A stretch of 64,000 nucleotides of DNA, from NCBI GenBank assembly GCA_025965115.1, contig JAOPXO010000201.1, positions 17,460-81,459 on the forward strand, read 5' to 3'. Under the pieces are notes generated by a model, which had not been told where the DNA came from, made no database searches, and saw only the letters and a list, made by a program, of their open reading frames with translations. Below are positions 10,279 to 19,405 of this stretch, piece after piece. The position numbers and the translations under genes are program-made. This DNA is from Aeromicrobium sp. (GTDB lineage Bacteria > Actinomycetota > Actinomycetes > Propionibacteriales > Nocardioidaceae). Position 1 is the first letter of the stretch; the number at the start of each line of letters is the position of its first letter.

Positions 10279-10926
10279 TCAGTCCTGACCTTCGAGCAAC
10301 GACAAGAACAGCCCCTCTGCCTCCGCGCACAACGTGTCGCCGTCAAAAATTGCACCGCGAATGGTGCGCTTGCGCCCGATCTCACTCACAAACCAAGCGC
10401 GCAACCGAAGCTTCTTCTCCACAGGTGTCACCGAGCGATACACCGTGTTGAGGTAAGCAGTTCTTCCAGAAGGCCGGCCGCCGGTGTGTGACAAGCCCCC
10501 CAGAACCTCATCGAACAGGAGCGCGACGGCGCCTCCGTGCACAGCGCCGTTGCCACCGAGGAAGTACCGACCGAAGGTTACGGTTCCCTCTACCCCATCC
10601 GCGTGTCGATGGGTCAACACGAAGGCTGGCGCCATCACTTGGCCGCGCCCTGGCAAGTCGGTCCGATGGCCGAATGCCTGTTCGCGTTCAGGCACCTGAA
10701 TCGACCGCAGCCGTCGGCTCCACTCCTGCAAGTCGGCAGTGAGGGAATGCGCAGTCTCAGAGTTCGGAGTCGCACCCGCGAAGTCATCTAAGAACAGACG
10801 AAGCGACTCAACCAGAAGCTCATAGTCCGAACCGCCGGGCAGTGATGCCTGTTCAGGATGGCTCAGGGCAGGGCGGAACGACTCAGGCACTCCGATGCGT
10901 TCTGCCCACGTCCGTCCGTTGGCCAT
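10279..10926 (-). CDS. PaaI/hot-dog thioesterase
   Basis: GAVHGGAVALLFDEVLG hot-dog motif, AEAEGLF C-terminus. Confidence 0.85.
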   Translation of the reverse strand: MANGRTWAERIGVPESFRPALSHPEQASLPGGSDYELLVESLRLFLDDFAGATPNSETAHSLTADLQEWSRRLRSIQVPEREQAFGHRTDLPGRGQVMAPAFVLTHRHADGVEGTVTFGRYFLGGNGAVHGGAVALLFDEVLGGLSHTGGRPSGRTAYLNTVYRSVTPVEKKLRLRAWFVSEIGRKRTIRGAIFDGDTLCAEAEGLFLSLLEGQD

Positions 10927-11241
10927 GGTTAGCGCGGCGCCATCCGGATCGCGGCGTCGAGACGTATGACTTCGCCAGCTGCGAGAGCAACTGCTCCACT
11001 CAACTCCATGTCGGTTGCTCTCTCGCGTCGTTCGGAGGTGTCACGTTGGCCGTCCCCACACTCTCACACACCGTCTGCGGCATATTGACCGACCGTAAAA
11101 CTTTTGTCGTTAGACGGGCAAGCCCACGACGCGCGAGTTCCCATTCACACGCTCCAGAGAATACGAATGGCGGTCGTCCATGCGAGAATCTAATGAGGAG
11201 CGGTTTCTGCTGAAGCGGCGATCCCGAACTGAGGAGGACTT

Positions 11242-11928
11242 GTGGCGCGACCGAGCACCCCATTGATCAACCGTGAAACCACCATCATCACAGCGCTCAA
11301 GGTCATTGACGACGAAGGTCTGGAGGCCCTGAGCTTGCCTCGTCTCGCGCGCGAGATGAACGTCAAGGCTCCGTCGCTCTATCACCACTTCAGCGACAAG
11401 GATGAGATCCTCGCAGCCGTTGCTCAGGCAATCATCGCCAAGACGACATTCCCCCGAAAGCCAGCCACTGCGGATTGGGCGGAGTGGTTCACCCAACTCA
11501 GCCTCAACTTTCGTGCCGCCGTGCTTCGCCACCGGCGCGCCGCTCCGATTCTTCTGCACTTCCTGCCCCGCGAACTGCTGACGGACATGTACGAGAGCGC
11601 AGCCAGCTACCTGGCCGAATGCGGGGTTCCGCAAGAACTCCATGTCCAGATACTTGACGGGCTGGAGAAGTTGGCACTCGGCGCCACGATCACCGAGGCA
11701 ATGCGCCCGAGTTCTCGCGCTCGCGTTCGGTTCGAGGGAGCAGATCCTGAACGTCACCCCGTCCTCACCGCGGCTGGCGCGGCAAATCAGCTCACTGCTC
11801 GGCAGATCTTTGAGCAGACGGTACGTAGCTATCTGCTCGGCGTCGCGCACTTCGGGATCGTCGATCCCGTTGGGGAGCCGATCCCATATCAGGCGCAGGC
11901 AGAGCAATCCCTCGACGCGATCGCCTGA
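11242..11928 (+). CDS. TetR family transcriptional regulator
   Basis: HTH LSLPRLAREMNVKAPSLYHHFSDKDEIL; GAGGAGG SD. Confidence 0.93.
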   Translation: MARPSTPLINRETTIITALKVIDDEGLEALSLPRLAREMNVKAPSLYHHFSDKDEILAAVAQAIIAKTTFPRKPATADWAEWFTQLSLNFRAAVLRHRRAAPILLHFLPRELLTDMYESAASYLAECGVPQELHVQILDGLEKLALGATITEAMRPSSRARVRFEGADPERHPVLTAAGAANQLTARQIFEQTVRSYLLGVAHFGIVDPVGEPIPYQAQAEQSLDAIA

Positions 11929-11976
11929 CCAGCGGTCTCCTCGGGTGGTTCAGATCGAACTGAGTGGCGTCGAGTC

Positions 11977-13089
11977 TCAGAAGTCGATGACGCCACGCAA
12001 GTTGATGCCCGCATGCATGTCGGCATACCCGTCGTTGATCTCCTCGAGGCTGTAACGACGGGTGATCAATTCCTCGAGGAGGAGGTGTCCCTCCTTGTAG
12101 AGCCGCAGCAGATCCTCGACCGCGCGGGTGGGCTGCATCATCCCGAATAGGGACCCTTGGATCCGCTTCTGGTACATGGCCAACTCGAACAGGCTGATCG
12201 GGATCCCGTACTCCACAACATTGCTCATACTCGTGACGACCACGGTTCCGGCCTTGCGAATCGAGGCGAACGCCTCTGCGACGTGCTCACCGTTGACGAC
12301 ACCAACCGTGACGATTGCGGATGCTGCCCCCTGTCCATTGGTGAGTGCCTGTGCGAGATCGGTGGCCTGCTGCATGTTCTCGAACACATCAGTAGCGCCG
12401 AGCTTTAGCGCCATCTCCCGGTGGAAAGGTGCCGGGTCGACCGCAATGACCCGCGATGCGCCGGCAAAGCGAGCGCCCTGGACCGCGTTGATCCCAATGC
12501 CGCCGATTCCCATCACGATGACCACATCGCCCGGTGCTACCGCGGCAGCATTGACAGCCGATCCCCAGCCGGTCGGAACTCCACACCCCACGAGCGCGGC
12601 AACCTCGAGCGGGATGTCCTTGTCGATCTTGACGACCCCCCACTCTGGCAGGACTGAGTACTCAGAGAAGGTGGAGACCAGCGAGCACTGCCCGACATCG
12701 GTCCCGTCCTCGGTATGCAGGCGGAAGGTGCCGTCCAACTGTGTGCCCAGCATCATGAATGCGCCGTTGTCGCACAGCTGCTGCATTCCTCGCGCGCACC
12801 ATGTGCATCGTCCACATCCGGGGATGAATGCGGCAACAACGTGGTCGCCTACCTCCAGGTCGCGGACTCCAGGTCCCAGCTTTTCGACGATGCCCGCGCC
12901 CTCGTGCCCTCCACAGAAGGGATACGCCATCGCCGGGACGTCACCCTTGGCGTAGTGGTCGTCGGAGTGGCAGAGACCGGCGTGCTTGAAACGCACGAGA
13001 ACTTCGAAGTCCTTCGGGTCATCAACCTCAACCTCGATGACTTCCCATTCGCCTGGAGCCTCAAAGAGGACCGCTGCCCGTGACTTCAT
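11977..13089 (-). CDS. NDMA-dependent (nicotinoprotein) Zn alcohol dehydrogenase, Rxyl_3153-like
   Basis: GLCHSDDH, GGHEGAG, CGRCTWC, LVGCGVPTGWGSAVN, GIGGIGINAVQGA, NLRGVIDF. Confidence 0.85.
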   Translation of the reverse strand: MKSRAAVLFEAPGEWEVIEVEVDDPKDFEVLVRFKHAGLCHSDDHYAKGDVPAMAYPFCGGHEGAGIVEKLGPGVRDLEVGDHVVAAFIPGCGRCTWCARGMQQLCDNGAFMMLGTQLDGTFRLHTEDGTDVGQCSLVSTFSEYSVLPEWGVVKIDKDIPLEVAALVGCGVPTGWGSAVNAAAVAPGDVVIVMGIGGIGINAVQGARFAGASRVIAVDPAPFHREMALKLGATDVFENMQQATDLAQALTNGQGAASAIVTVGVVNGEHVAEAFASIRKAGTVVVTSMSNVVEYGIPISLFELAMYQKRIQGSLFGMMQPTRAVEDLLRLYKEGHLLLEELITRRYSLEEINDGYADMHAGINLRGVIDF

Positions 13090-13128
13090 CGCTGACGACC
13101 TTTCTGCTGTTATTCGACTGCATTTTAT

Positions 13129-13184
13129 CTAACGCCGTTAGTCTGAAGTGAAGTGTGACACATGTCAACACCTAATCTGATTAG
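13129..13184 (-). promoter_or_regulatory. ADH promoter flanked by two operators
   Basis: CTAACgccGTTAG (13129-13141) and CTAATctgATTAG (13172-13184) bracket minus-strand TTGACA-N17-CAGACT. Confidence 0.75.
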
Positions 13185-13252
13185 AATACGGACGGCGCTC
13201 TGAGTGGTGCCCGCGGCCCCTGTCTGCACAAGGGCCGCCGCGTCACGCTCTC

Positions 13253-13642
13253 CTACTCGAACTCGATCCCGGCCATCGTTTCTTGGATGTACATGAATGC
13301 CGGCATGTTCTTGAGCATCTGTGCCATCTTGCCTCGGACCCGGAGCTTGCCCCGCGTCATCGCGACTGTCGGGTTGATGCTGCCGTCGAAGCATCCACGC
13401 CAGACATCGCTGGAGCCACTGATGACGAAGTCGGCTCCGTCGAGGTCCGCTTGAGAGGCCTCGCGAACCTCAAGAACCTTTCCATGGTCGAACTCGACGT
13501 AGAACTGGCCCTCGATCGGCGCCTCATATTTGTAGGCCATGTTGAAGCTGATGTTTTTGCCTTTGTCGACCCACGCTGGGTCGCTGTTAAGCGCTTCGCC
13601 CATTGCTTGGTAGAAGCCGACCGTTCCAAGTTTTACTGCCAT
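13253..13642 (-). CDS. SCP2 sterol/lipid carrier domain protein
   Basis: ADFVISG...W...NPTVAMTRGKLRVRG SCP2 signature. Confidence 0.85.
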   Translation of the reverse strand: MAVKLGTVGFYQAMGEALNSDPAWVDKGKNISFNMAYKYEAPIEGQFYVEFDHGKVLEVREASQADLDGADFVISGSSDVWRGCFDGSINPTVAMTRGKLRVRGKMAQMLKNMPAFMYIQETMAGIEFE

Positions 13643-13687
13643 TTCGTTCTCCTGTGATGGTTGGACTATTCGACGTACTTGCCGTGG

Positions 13688-14905
13688 TCAGATCGACTCA
13701 CCGATGATGAGCGGAAGCTTGACGACTCCCTTGATTTGGCTGAGGTGGCGGACCGGAGGGTCGGCCGGATCGAGCCGATAGGCGGGCATCCGGCGGTGCA
13801 GTTCTTCGAACGCGATTCGAAGTTCAAGTCGCGCGAGGTGAGATCCGACGCATCGATGGTTTCCCGCGCCAAAGGCAATGTGTGGGTTCGGCTCACGGGC
13901 AATGTCGACGGTGTCAGCATTGTCGAATTTCTCTTCGTCGCGGTTCGCCGACGTGAACGGAATGAGGACCTTGTCTCCTGCCCTGAGCTGGACGCCGCCG
14001 AGGACGACGTCCTCCTTGACGAGGCGCGCGGGGCAAATCGCAGATTCCCAACGAAGCATCTCCTCCACTGCGCTGTCGACGAGGCTGAGATCAGTGGCGA
14101 GCTGTTTCCTGACAATCGGATTCTCTGCCATGAAGATGACCGTGTGGGCCAACTGTCCCTGCACGGTATGCAGACCACCGATCAGGAATAGGAACAGGAT
14201 GTTGAGCACCTCAAACTGGGTGAGCTCTCGGTCCTCGAAGGTTCCATTGATCAGGATCTGGGTGATGTCCTCCGCGTCGTCAGAGCCGGCGCGGTCGTCG
14301 ATCATCTCCGCGAAGTAGGCATACACTTCCATCGCAGCAGCCGTCCGAACCTCCGTCGCCTCCTCCTCGCTCGCACCGGGCTTTCCGAGGACAATCAGAT
14401 CCACCCACTCGTTGAAGCGCGATGCATCAGCGATGTCCCAGCCCATCAACGCCAGGAACACCCGGCTGGGAAGTTCCCGCGCAAACGCTTCGACAAAGTC
14501 GACGCGGTTGGACTCGAGCATCTGGTCGATGAGTTCGTTTACGAGAGCTCGAATCTGCGGCTCAAGGTCGGCCATCCGTTTCGGCGAGAACAGTGGGTTG
14601 ATGAGCTTCCGGTAGATGCCGTGATCCGGCGGGTCCACCTCAATCGGAATCATCGGCCCGTCTTGGCCGATGGTGCCGGGGATGTTGACCGACTCACTCG
14701 AGAAGACCGTCGGATTGCGCAGGATGTCGTGAATGTCGTCGTACTTCGTCGCGACCCAGTGACCCCCGTAGTGCGGCGTGTGCGCGACCGGACACCGATT
14801 GCGCATCTCGGCATAGGTCTCGAACAGGTCGTCTGCCGCGTTCGAGTCGTGGATATCGAAGTCGTACTGGATGTCGGCTGTCGCAGCGTCCCTGAGTTCA
14901 GTCAT
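13688..14905 (-). CDS. Cytochrome P450
   Basis: EEMLR (ExxR), FGAGNHRCVG heme motif, I-helix GGLHT. Confidence 0.95.
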   Translation of the reverse strand: MTELRDAATADIQYDFDIHDSNAADDLFETYAEMRNRCPVAHTPHYGGHWVATKYDDIHDILRNPTVFSSESVNIPGTIGQDGPMIPIEVDPPDHGIYRKLINPLFSPKRMADLEPQIRALVNELIDQMLESNRVDFVEAFARELPSRVFLALMGWDIADASRFNEWVDLIVLGKPGASEEEATEVRTAAAMEVYAYFAEMIDDRAGSDDAEDITQILINGTFEDRELTQFEVLNILFLFLIGGLHTVQGQLAHTVIFMAENPIVRKQLATDLSLVDSAVEEMLRWESAICPARLVKEDVVLGGVQLRAGDKVLIPFTSANRDEEKFDNADTVDIAREPNPHIAFGAGNHRCVGSHLARLELRIAFEELHRRMPAYRLDPADPPVRHLSQIKGVVKLPLIIGESI

Positions 14906-14938
14906 GATGGCTCGAATCCTTTCGTTGGTTGGCTGAGG

Positions 14939-15145
14939 TCAGACGCGCAAGGCGCTGACGGCTTGCTCCGGGCAGTTGTTGACGGCACGTTCTAGGTCGC
15001 TCAGTTCCTGCGCGGTCGAGGCGACTCCGATGACGATCGGAAAACCTTCGTCATCACAGTCGAAAACCTCGGGGTTGGTCATGTAGCAACGTCCGTGGCC
15101 CTTGCATGCGGATCGGTCGACCTCTGCCGTCAGTGCATCGCTCAT
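14939..15145 (-). CDS. [3Fe-4S]-type ferredoxin
   Basis: CKGHGRC...CPEQA; directly upstream of P450. Confidence 0.9.
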   Translation of the reverse strand: MSDALTAEVDRSACKGHGRCYMTNPEVFDCDDEGFPIVIGVASTAQELSDLERAVNNCPEQAVSALRV

Positions 15146-15149
15146 GACA

Positions 15150-16649
15150 TCAGTCCCATTCGCTTCCAACAACGCCGTAAGCGCGTGCGTCCAGGTTGGT
15201 GTCCAGCGCAGTGTAAAGACTTCGGACCTTGGTATACGCGAGCAGCCCGTCTCGACCGTTCTCCGCGCCTACACCGCTCATGCCGCGCCCAGACAGCGGC
15301 GTTCGCATAATGTCCGCTTGGGCGGCGTCGTTGATCCACGTGAGGCCACTTTGGATTCGCAACGCCGCCTCGCGGGCTGCGATCAGATCAGTGCCCCACA
15401 CCGCGGCGGCCAACCCGTAGGGTGTTGCGTTCGCAATCCGGACCGCGTCGGTCACGTCTGTGTATCGGATAACCGACAGGACCGGGCCGAAGATTTCCTG
15501 ATGCGCGGCCGGGTTGTCGTTGTCGAGGTCGACAAGGACGGTCGGGCTGACGTAGTGACCGCCACTGGGGAGTCCCGTCGGGATGGTGCCACCGACCAGC
15601 GCTCGAGCCCCGTGCTCCAAGCCCGCGGCGATGAACTTTTCGACCTTCACTCTCGCCGCGTCAGAGATGACCGGGCCAACATCTGTGGTGAAGTCAGCTG
15701 CTGGTCCAAGTTTTAGTACTGCGGCTCGCTCCTCGAGCAAGGCGCAGATCTCGTCGTACCGGCTCTCAGGCACGAGCATCCGCGTGGTTGCCACGCATGC
15801 CTGGCCAGCGTGCATCATGCTGCTGAAAAGCGTTCCGCGTACGGCCAGCTCTGCATCGGCGTCGGGCATCACCAGTGAGGGCGATTTCCCGCCGAGTTCC
15901 AAGATCACTTCTTTGGCGGTCGCTGCGGCTTTCGCCATCACCTGGGTCCCAACCGCCGTGCTCCCGGTGAAGCTGATGAGATCGACGCCAGGATGTGAGA
16001 CGAGAGCCTCACCCGCTGCGCGATCGCCGTGCACGATGTTGATGACACCGCGCGGAATGCCTGCCTCGATCGCCGCTGCGGCGAGGGCGTCGGGTCCGAT
16101 GGGGGTCAAAGGAGACGGCTTGAGCACGATGGTGTTGCCTGCGAGAAGGGTCGGAGCCACCTTCCACACGCACATGAAGAGCGGGAAGTTGTATGGCGTG
16201 AATGCGCCGACGACTCCGACCGGCTCCCGATGGAGCTCCCACTGGCCGAGGCCAGGATTCGCCTCGATCGGGAACGCCTCTGGCCCGTCGAGGTGGACCG
16301 CCATGTCTGCGAAGTCACGCAGGTTGGCAAGTGGCGCACCCACTTGAAGCATCGGGCAGAACCGCGCTGTGGCGCCCGTGTCGACAATCATGTCCTCGAC
16401 CAGATCGTCAAAGCGGCTCTCAAGAGCCGACGCAAGACGGCGCAGTGCATCGGCCCGGTCGGCTACAGACATGCGAGCCCAGGAGCCAATCTCGAATGCG
16501 TGCCGCGCAGCACGGACTGCCTGGTCGACAACGTCCGGTCCGCTGTCTGGAACGCGCCCGATCGTTTCACCCGTAGACGGGTCATCGACGTCAAAGACTG
16601 GTTCGCCAGCCACCCAATCGCCGTCAATGAAGCTGTTGAAGACTCGCAT
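15150..16649 (-). CDS. Aldehyde dehydrogenase
   Basis: FTGST, LELGGKSP, GQACVA, EIFGPV; start at ATG 16649 with GGAGG. Confidence 0.93.
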   Translation of the reverse strand: MRVFNSFIDGDWVAGEPVFDVDDPSTGETIGRVPDSGPDVVDQAVRAARHAFEIGSWARMSVADRADALRRLASALESRFDDLVEDMIVDTGATARFCPMLQVGAPLANLRDFADMAVHLDGPEAFPIEANPGLGQWELHREPVGVVGAFTPYNFPLFMCVWKVAPTLLAGNTIVLKPSPLTPIGPDALAAAAIEAGIPRGVINIVHGDRAAGEALVSHPGVDLISFTGSTAVGTQVMAKAAATAKEVILELGGKSPSLVMPDADAELAVRGTLFSSMMHAGQACVATTRMLVPESRYDEICALLEERAAVLKLGPAADFTTDVGPVISDAARVKVEKFIAAGLEHGARALVGGTIPTGLPSGGHYVSPTVLVDLDNDNPAAHQEIFGPVLSVIRYTDVTDAVRIANATPYGLAAAVWGTDLIAAREAALRIQSGLTWINDAAQADIMRTPLSGRGMSGVGAENGRDGLLAYTKVRSLYTALDTNLDARAYGVVGSEWD

Positions 16650-16743
16650 CGGTCCTCCAATCGTTCCGGTAGCGCGACGCAAAAGGCCCGCCGTCGCCTC
16701 GCAAGTGCGACTGTGACCTACGCCTCAGCCTCAGAGCCAAAAA

Positions 16744-16756
16744 CTTATCAGGTTAG
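16744..16756. promoter_or_regulatory. Island operator within ALDH-P450 operon promoter
   Basis: CTTATcagGTTAG lying in minus-strand TTGACC-N17-TAAGTT. Confidence 0.65.
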
Positions 16757-16791
16757 TTTTAGGAGGTCAACGAACTAGTAAGCAGAGAGTC

Positions 16792-17715
16792 TCAAAAAGA
16801 GGTTGCGCGCTCGATAGCGAGCACATATCGGAGGTCCGACTGCTCATGTACGAAGCCAAGATCTCGAGATACGGCGAGCAGGTCCTCGTCGAGCGGCGGT
16901 ACATAAAGAACGGCCATCCGCGCTCCTCGCCCCTGCACGATCAAGAGCCCCTGCGCGATGAGCGTACGCAGCGAGTCGCGCTTGAGCCCTTGCGCATTCA
17001 GCGGGGCGATACACGCGGCTGCGTTGGAGGCCTCGTCCGGGTCTGTGCCAACAAGTAATCGCCCTCCGCCTTCGGGCTCGAGGAACAAGGTGGCTAAACG
17101 AGACAGAGTTCGGCGGTCGCCCGGAGCAATCGTCACCTGGTGCAATTCCGCGACGACGGGGGCAGAAACGCTCCCGGGTTCTTGTACAAGTACTGGCTCA
17201 ACATTGGTCTTGTCCGCAACGAAAGGCCTCGAGCCACCGAGTTCTCGGATGGTCTTGAAAACCGCGTCCGCCACAGTGCCGTTGAATCGTGCACTCATTC
17301 GATCAGCAGCTGGATGGGACCCGTGGGCCCAGCCGCGGATCGATTCCAGGTTTGGAATTGACGCCCATCCAAGGTCCTCGTCCCGCAGCAATTCGAACAG
17401 GAGAGTCGCAACGCCCAGAGACCTGAACAGCGGCCGCACGACAAACTGCACGTCGCCCACGCCATCTGAGATATCCACACGCAAGTAGGCGACGACTCCG
17501 ACGTCTGGCAGCCGGTCGAGTTGAGCCGACCCTCGCTCGCCCTTGGGCGGCATCGAGACGACTAGATGCGCCGATGTTTCGCCAGACGCCGGCGCGTCTG
17601 GCACTGCAGTGGAGAACCCAGCCTCGGCGTCATAGCTGGCGGCCTCTGCCAGAAGGTCCGCGACCTCCGCGACCGTGTCAGCCGGAAGTCGCTCGTGCCA
17701 TGAATACTTGATCAC
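16792..17715 (-). CDS. Tandem-GNAT protein, divergent MshD (mycothiol synthase)-like
   Basis: VADLLAEAASYD, VVRPLFRSLGVAT, WAHGSHPAA, VLYV...DLGF resemble MshD; GTGA overlap with Rieske gene. Confidence 0.6.
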   Translation of the reverse strand: MIKYSWHERLPADTVAEVADLLAEAASYDAEAGFSTAVPDAPASGETSAHLVVSMPPKGERGSAQLDRLPDVGVVAYLRVDISDGVGDVQFVVRPLFRSLGVATLLFELLRDEDLGWASIPNLESIRGWAHGSHPAADRMSARFNGTVADAVFKTIRELGGSRPFVADKTNVEPVLVQEPGSVSAPVVAELHQVTIAPGDRRTLSRLATLFLEPEGGGRLLVGTDPDEASNAAACIAPLNAQGLKRDSLRTLIAQGLLIVQGRGARMAVLYVPPLDEDLLAVSRDLGFVHEQSDLRYVLAIERATSF

Positions 17716-18893
17716 GCTTCTGGCGTCTCCGCGAGCAAACGTTTCAACAGACGTCGGAAGACCTGATTGGCAACCTCGTTGCGACCCAGCAACATCTGGC
17801 CCGCGTCCCGGCTCGCCATTCCGGTCTGTGACGCGCGAAGGACAGGGAAATCCTCAGCATGGAGCACGGCAAGGAGAATCTCCCAGTTCTTGTCCCAGAG
17901 CCGGGTCCATCGTTCTTCGGTCAACCCGGCGACTTCAGGTGATGGAACGAGCAGTCGCATCTCCATCACGGAGTGGGTCGGCGACTCAGGATCAGGCCTG
18001 AAGGTGAGCAACTGGAAGTGGTCGGGCTGCTTGAGCAAAGTCGTGTTCGGACCAATGAAGTGGGTTTCGGTCACGTCGTCGACGAGGCTACGGTCGCCCG
18101 GGTCCTCTTCAAGCCATCGGTCGATGGTCTTGCGCGGGGCTACGAAACGGCAGTGTCGTTCAAAATCCTCAAACGCCATGACGTTGGTGTGAATGTGCTT
18201 AGCCGCCGTGTTCGGGTGTGCGTACTGGATGTGGTATCCGTCCAGGAACGCGTCTTGCATGACCTTCCAGTTGACCGGCTCGCTGAAGGCCTCTTCGCGG
18301 ATGCAGCCGAGTTTGTCAAGGGCATACCCACCAAGGATCTGATCCATCTCGGGGCCAAGCCACCCTGCGACGTCGATCTGCAAGCCGGCCTGATCAATGA
18401 TCCAGACAAATCCGTGTCGCTCCTCGGAAGGGAGTTCGACGAGTCCGAGCTGGTTTCGGTCGACTTCGCCGAGCGTGTTCTCCCGAGTGATGGTTCGGAG
18501 CGTCCCATCAACGTCGTAGGACCAGCGATGGTAGGGGCAGGAGAACAGCCGCCGTTTGCCGCAGGGCCCCTCTTCCAGCAGCGCGCCACGGTGGCGACAG
18601 AGATTGACAAGCGCCTTGACAGTGCCGTCCTTCTGCCGGACGATGATCACCTTGTTTCGCGGCATCTGAACGGTCTTGAAGTCATAGGTGTTCGCGATTT
18701 CCGAGGAGTGCGCGACGATCGTGGGCACACGCCCGAACACGAGATCGCGTTCGCGCTGCGCCAGCTCGGGATCGGTGAATTCGAATGCATCGAAGTACTC
18801 GACCTTCTCGACCTGGTCCGTCGTGTCCTTCTTCAGGTGGTCGAGCGCTCGGCGGATTCTAGCTTCTCGGTCAACGCTGACATCGTCTGACAT
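17712..18893 (-). CDS. Rieske non-heme iron oxygenase alpha subunit
   Basis: CRH...CPYH Rieske motif; DGYHIQYAH and ED mononuclear Fe ligands. Confidence 0.92.
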   Translation of the reverse strand: MSDDVSVDREARIRRALDHLKKDTTDQVEKVEYFDAFEFTDPELAQRERDLVFGRVPTIVAHSSEIANTYDFKTVQMPRNKVIIVRQKDGTVKALVNLCRHRGALLEEGPCGKRRLFSCPYHRWSYDVDGTLRTITRENTLGEVDRNQLGLVELPSEERHGFVWIIDQAGLQIDVAGWLGPEMDQILGGYALDKLGCIREEAFSEPVNWKVMQDAFLDGYHIQYAHPNTAAKHIHTNVMAFEDFERHCRFVAPRKTIDRWLEEDPGDRSLVDDVTETHFIGPNTTLLKQPDHFQLLTFRPDPESPTHSVMEMRLLVPSPEVAGLTEERWTRLWDKNWEILLAVLHAEDFPVLRASQTGMASRDAGQMLLGRNEVANQVFRRLLKRLLAETPEA

Positions 18894-18944
18894 GACACTC
18901 TCCTCCAATGCGAGCCCCAGGGTTTGAGATCCGCGCTTGTCTAC

Positions 18945-18957
18945 CTAACGTAGTTAG
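18945..18957. promoter_or_regulatory. Island operator (perfect palindrome)
   Basis: acCTAACgtaGTTAGgt, overlapping minus-strand TTGCGG-N17-TAACCT. Confidence 0.8.
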
Positions 18958-19009
18958 GTTATCCCCGAGTGGAGGGCGCCGCAAGCACGCTGGCGGTTGC
19001 GAACTCAGA

Positions 19010-19405
19010 TCATGACGACATACAGCGTCGGCAAGCCGACATCCCACCAGACTCGAGTTCAGCGCGCAGAGCTGAACTTCGTGGTTTGCCCGCGATCAGA
19101 CCGCAATCGGGCCGATGATAGGTCGTCCGGCCGGCCATGAAGACAACGTGCTCAGCGCCTGGTTGCACTGCTGAGTGGCGGTCGCGCGTCTTGACCGACT
19201 TTGAACCACCCGGCGTGGCCGCGGGTCGAACGTTGGCTGCTTCGGCTCGCTCGATCCGTAGGTTCGAAGAGACGCGCGAGAAAAGCACCATGAATATGGC
19301 CAGGAGACTCGATGCGAGGGCAACAACGACGAAGGTCTCGTTATCGGAGGCAACGCCAATACCGAGGCCGACCGCACCTAGCAGGACGAGTGCAATGACG
19401 ATCAC
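19010..19405 (-). CDS. Small membrane protein with C-terminal HxxxC...CxxC metal-binding motif
   Basis: Two TM helices then YHRPDC...CRRC; GTG start overlapping upstream stop. Confidence 0.6.
   Translation of the reverse strand: MIVIALVLLGAVGLGIGVASDNETFVVVALASSLLAIFMVLFSRVSSNLRIERAEAANVRPAATPGGSKSVKTRDRHSAVQPGAEHVVFMAGRTTYHRPDCGLIAGKPRSSALRAELESGGMSACRRCMSS

Noticed and set aside
10928-11010. 26-codon minus-strand ORF (MELSGAVALAAG...) just upstream of the thioesterase
   Set aside because: Weak SD and no recognisable features; could be chance
16792-17715. Assigning the gene symbol mshD
   Set aside because: Catalytic C-terminal motifs are degenerate and the context is atypical
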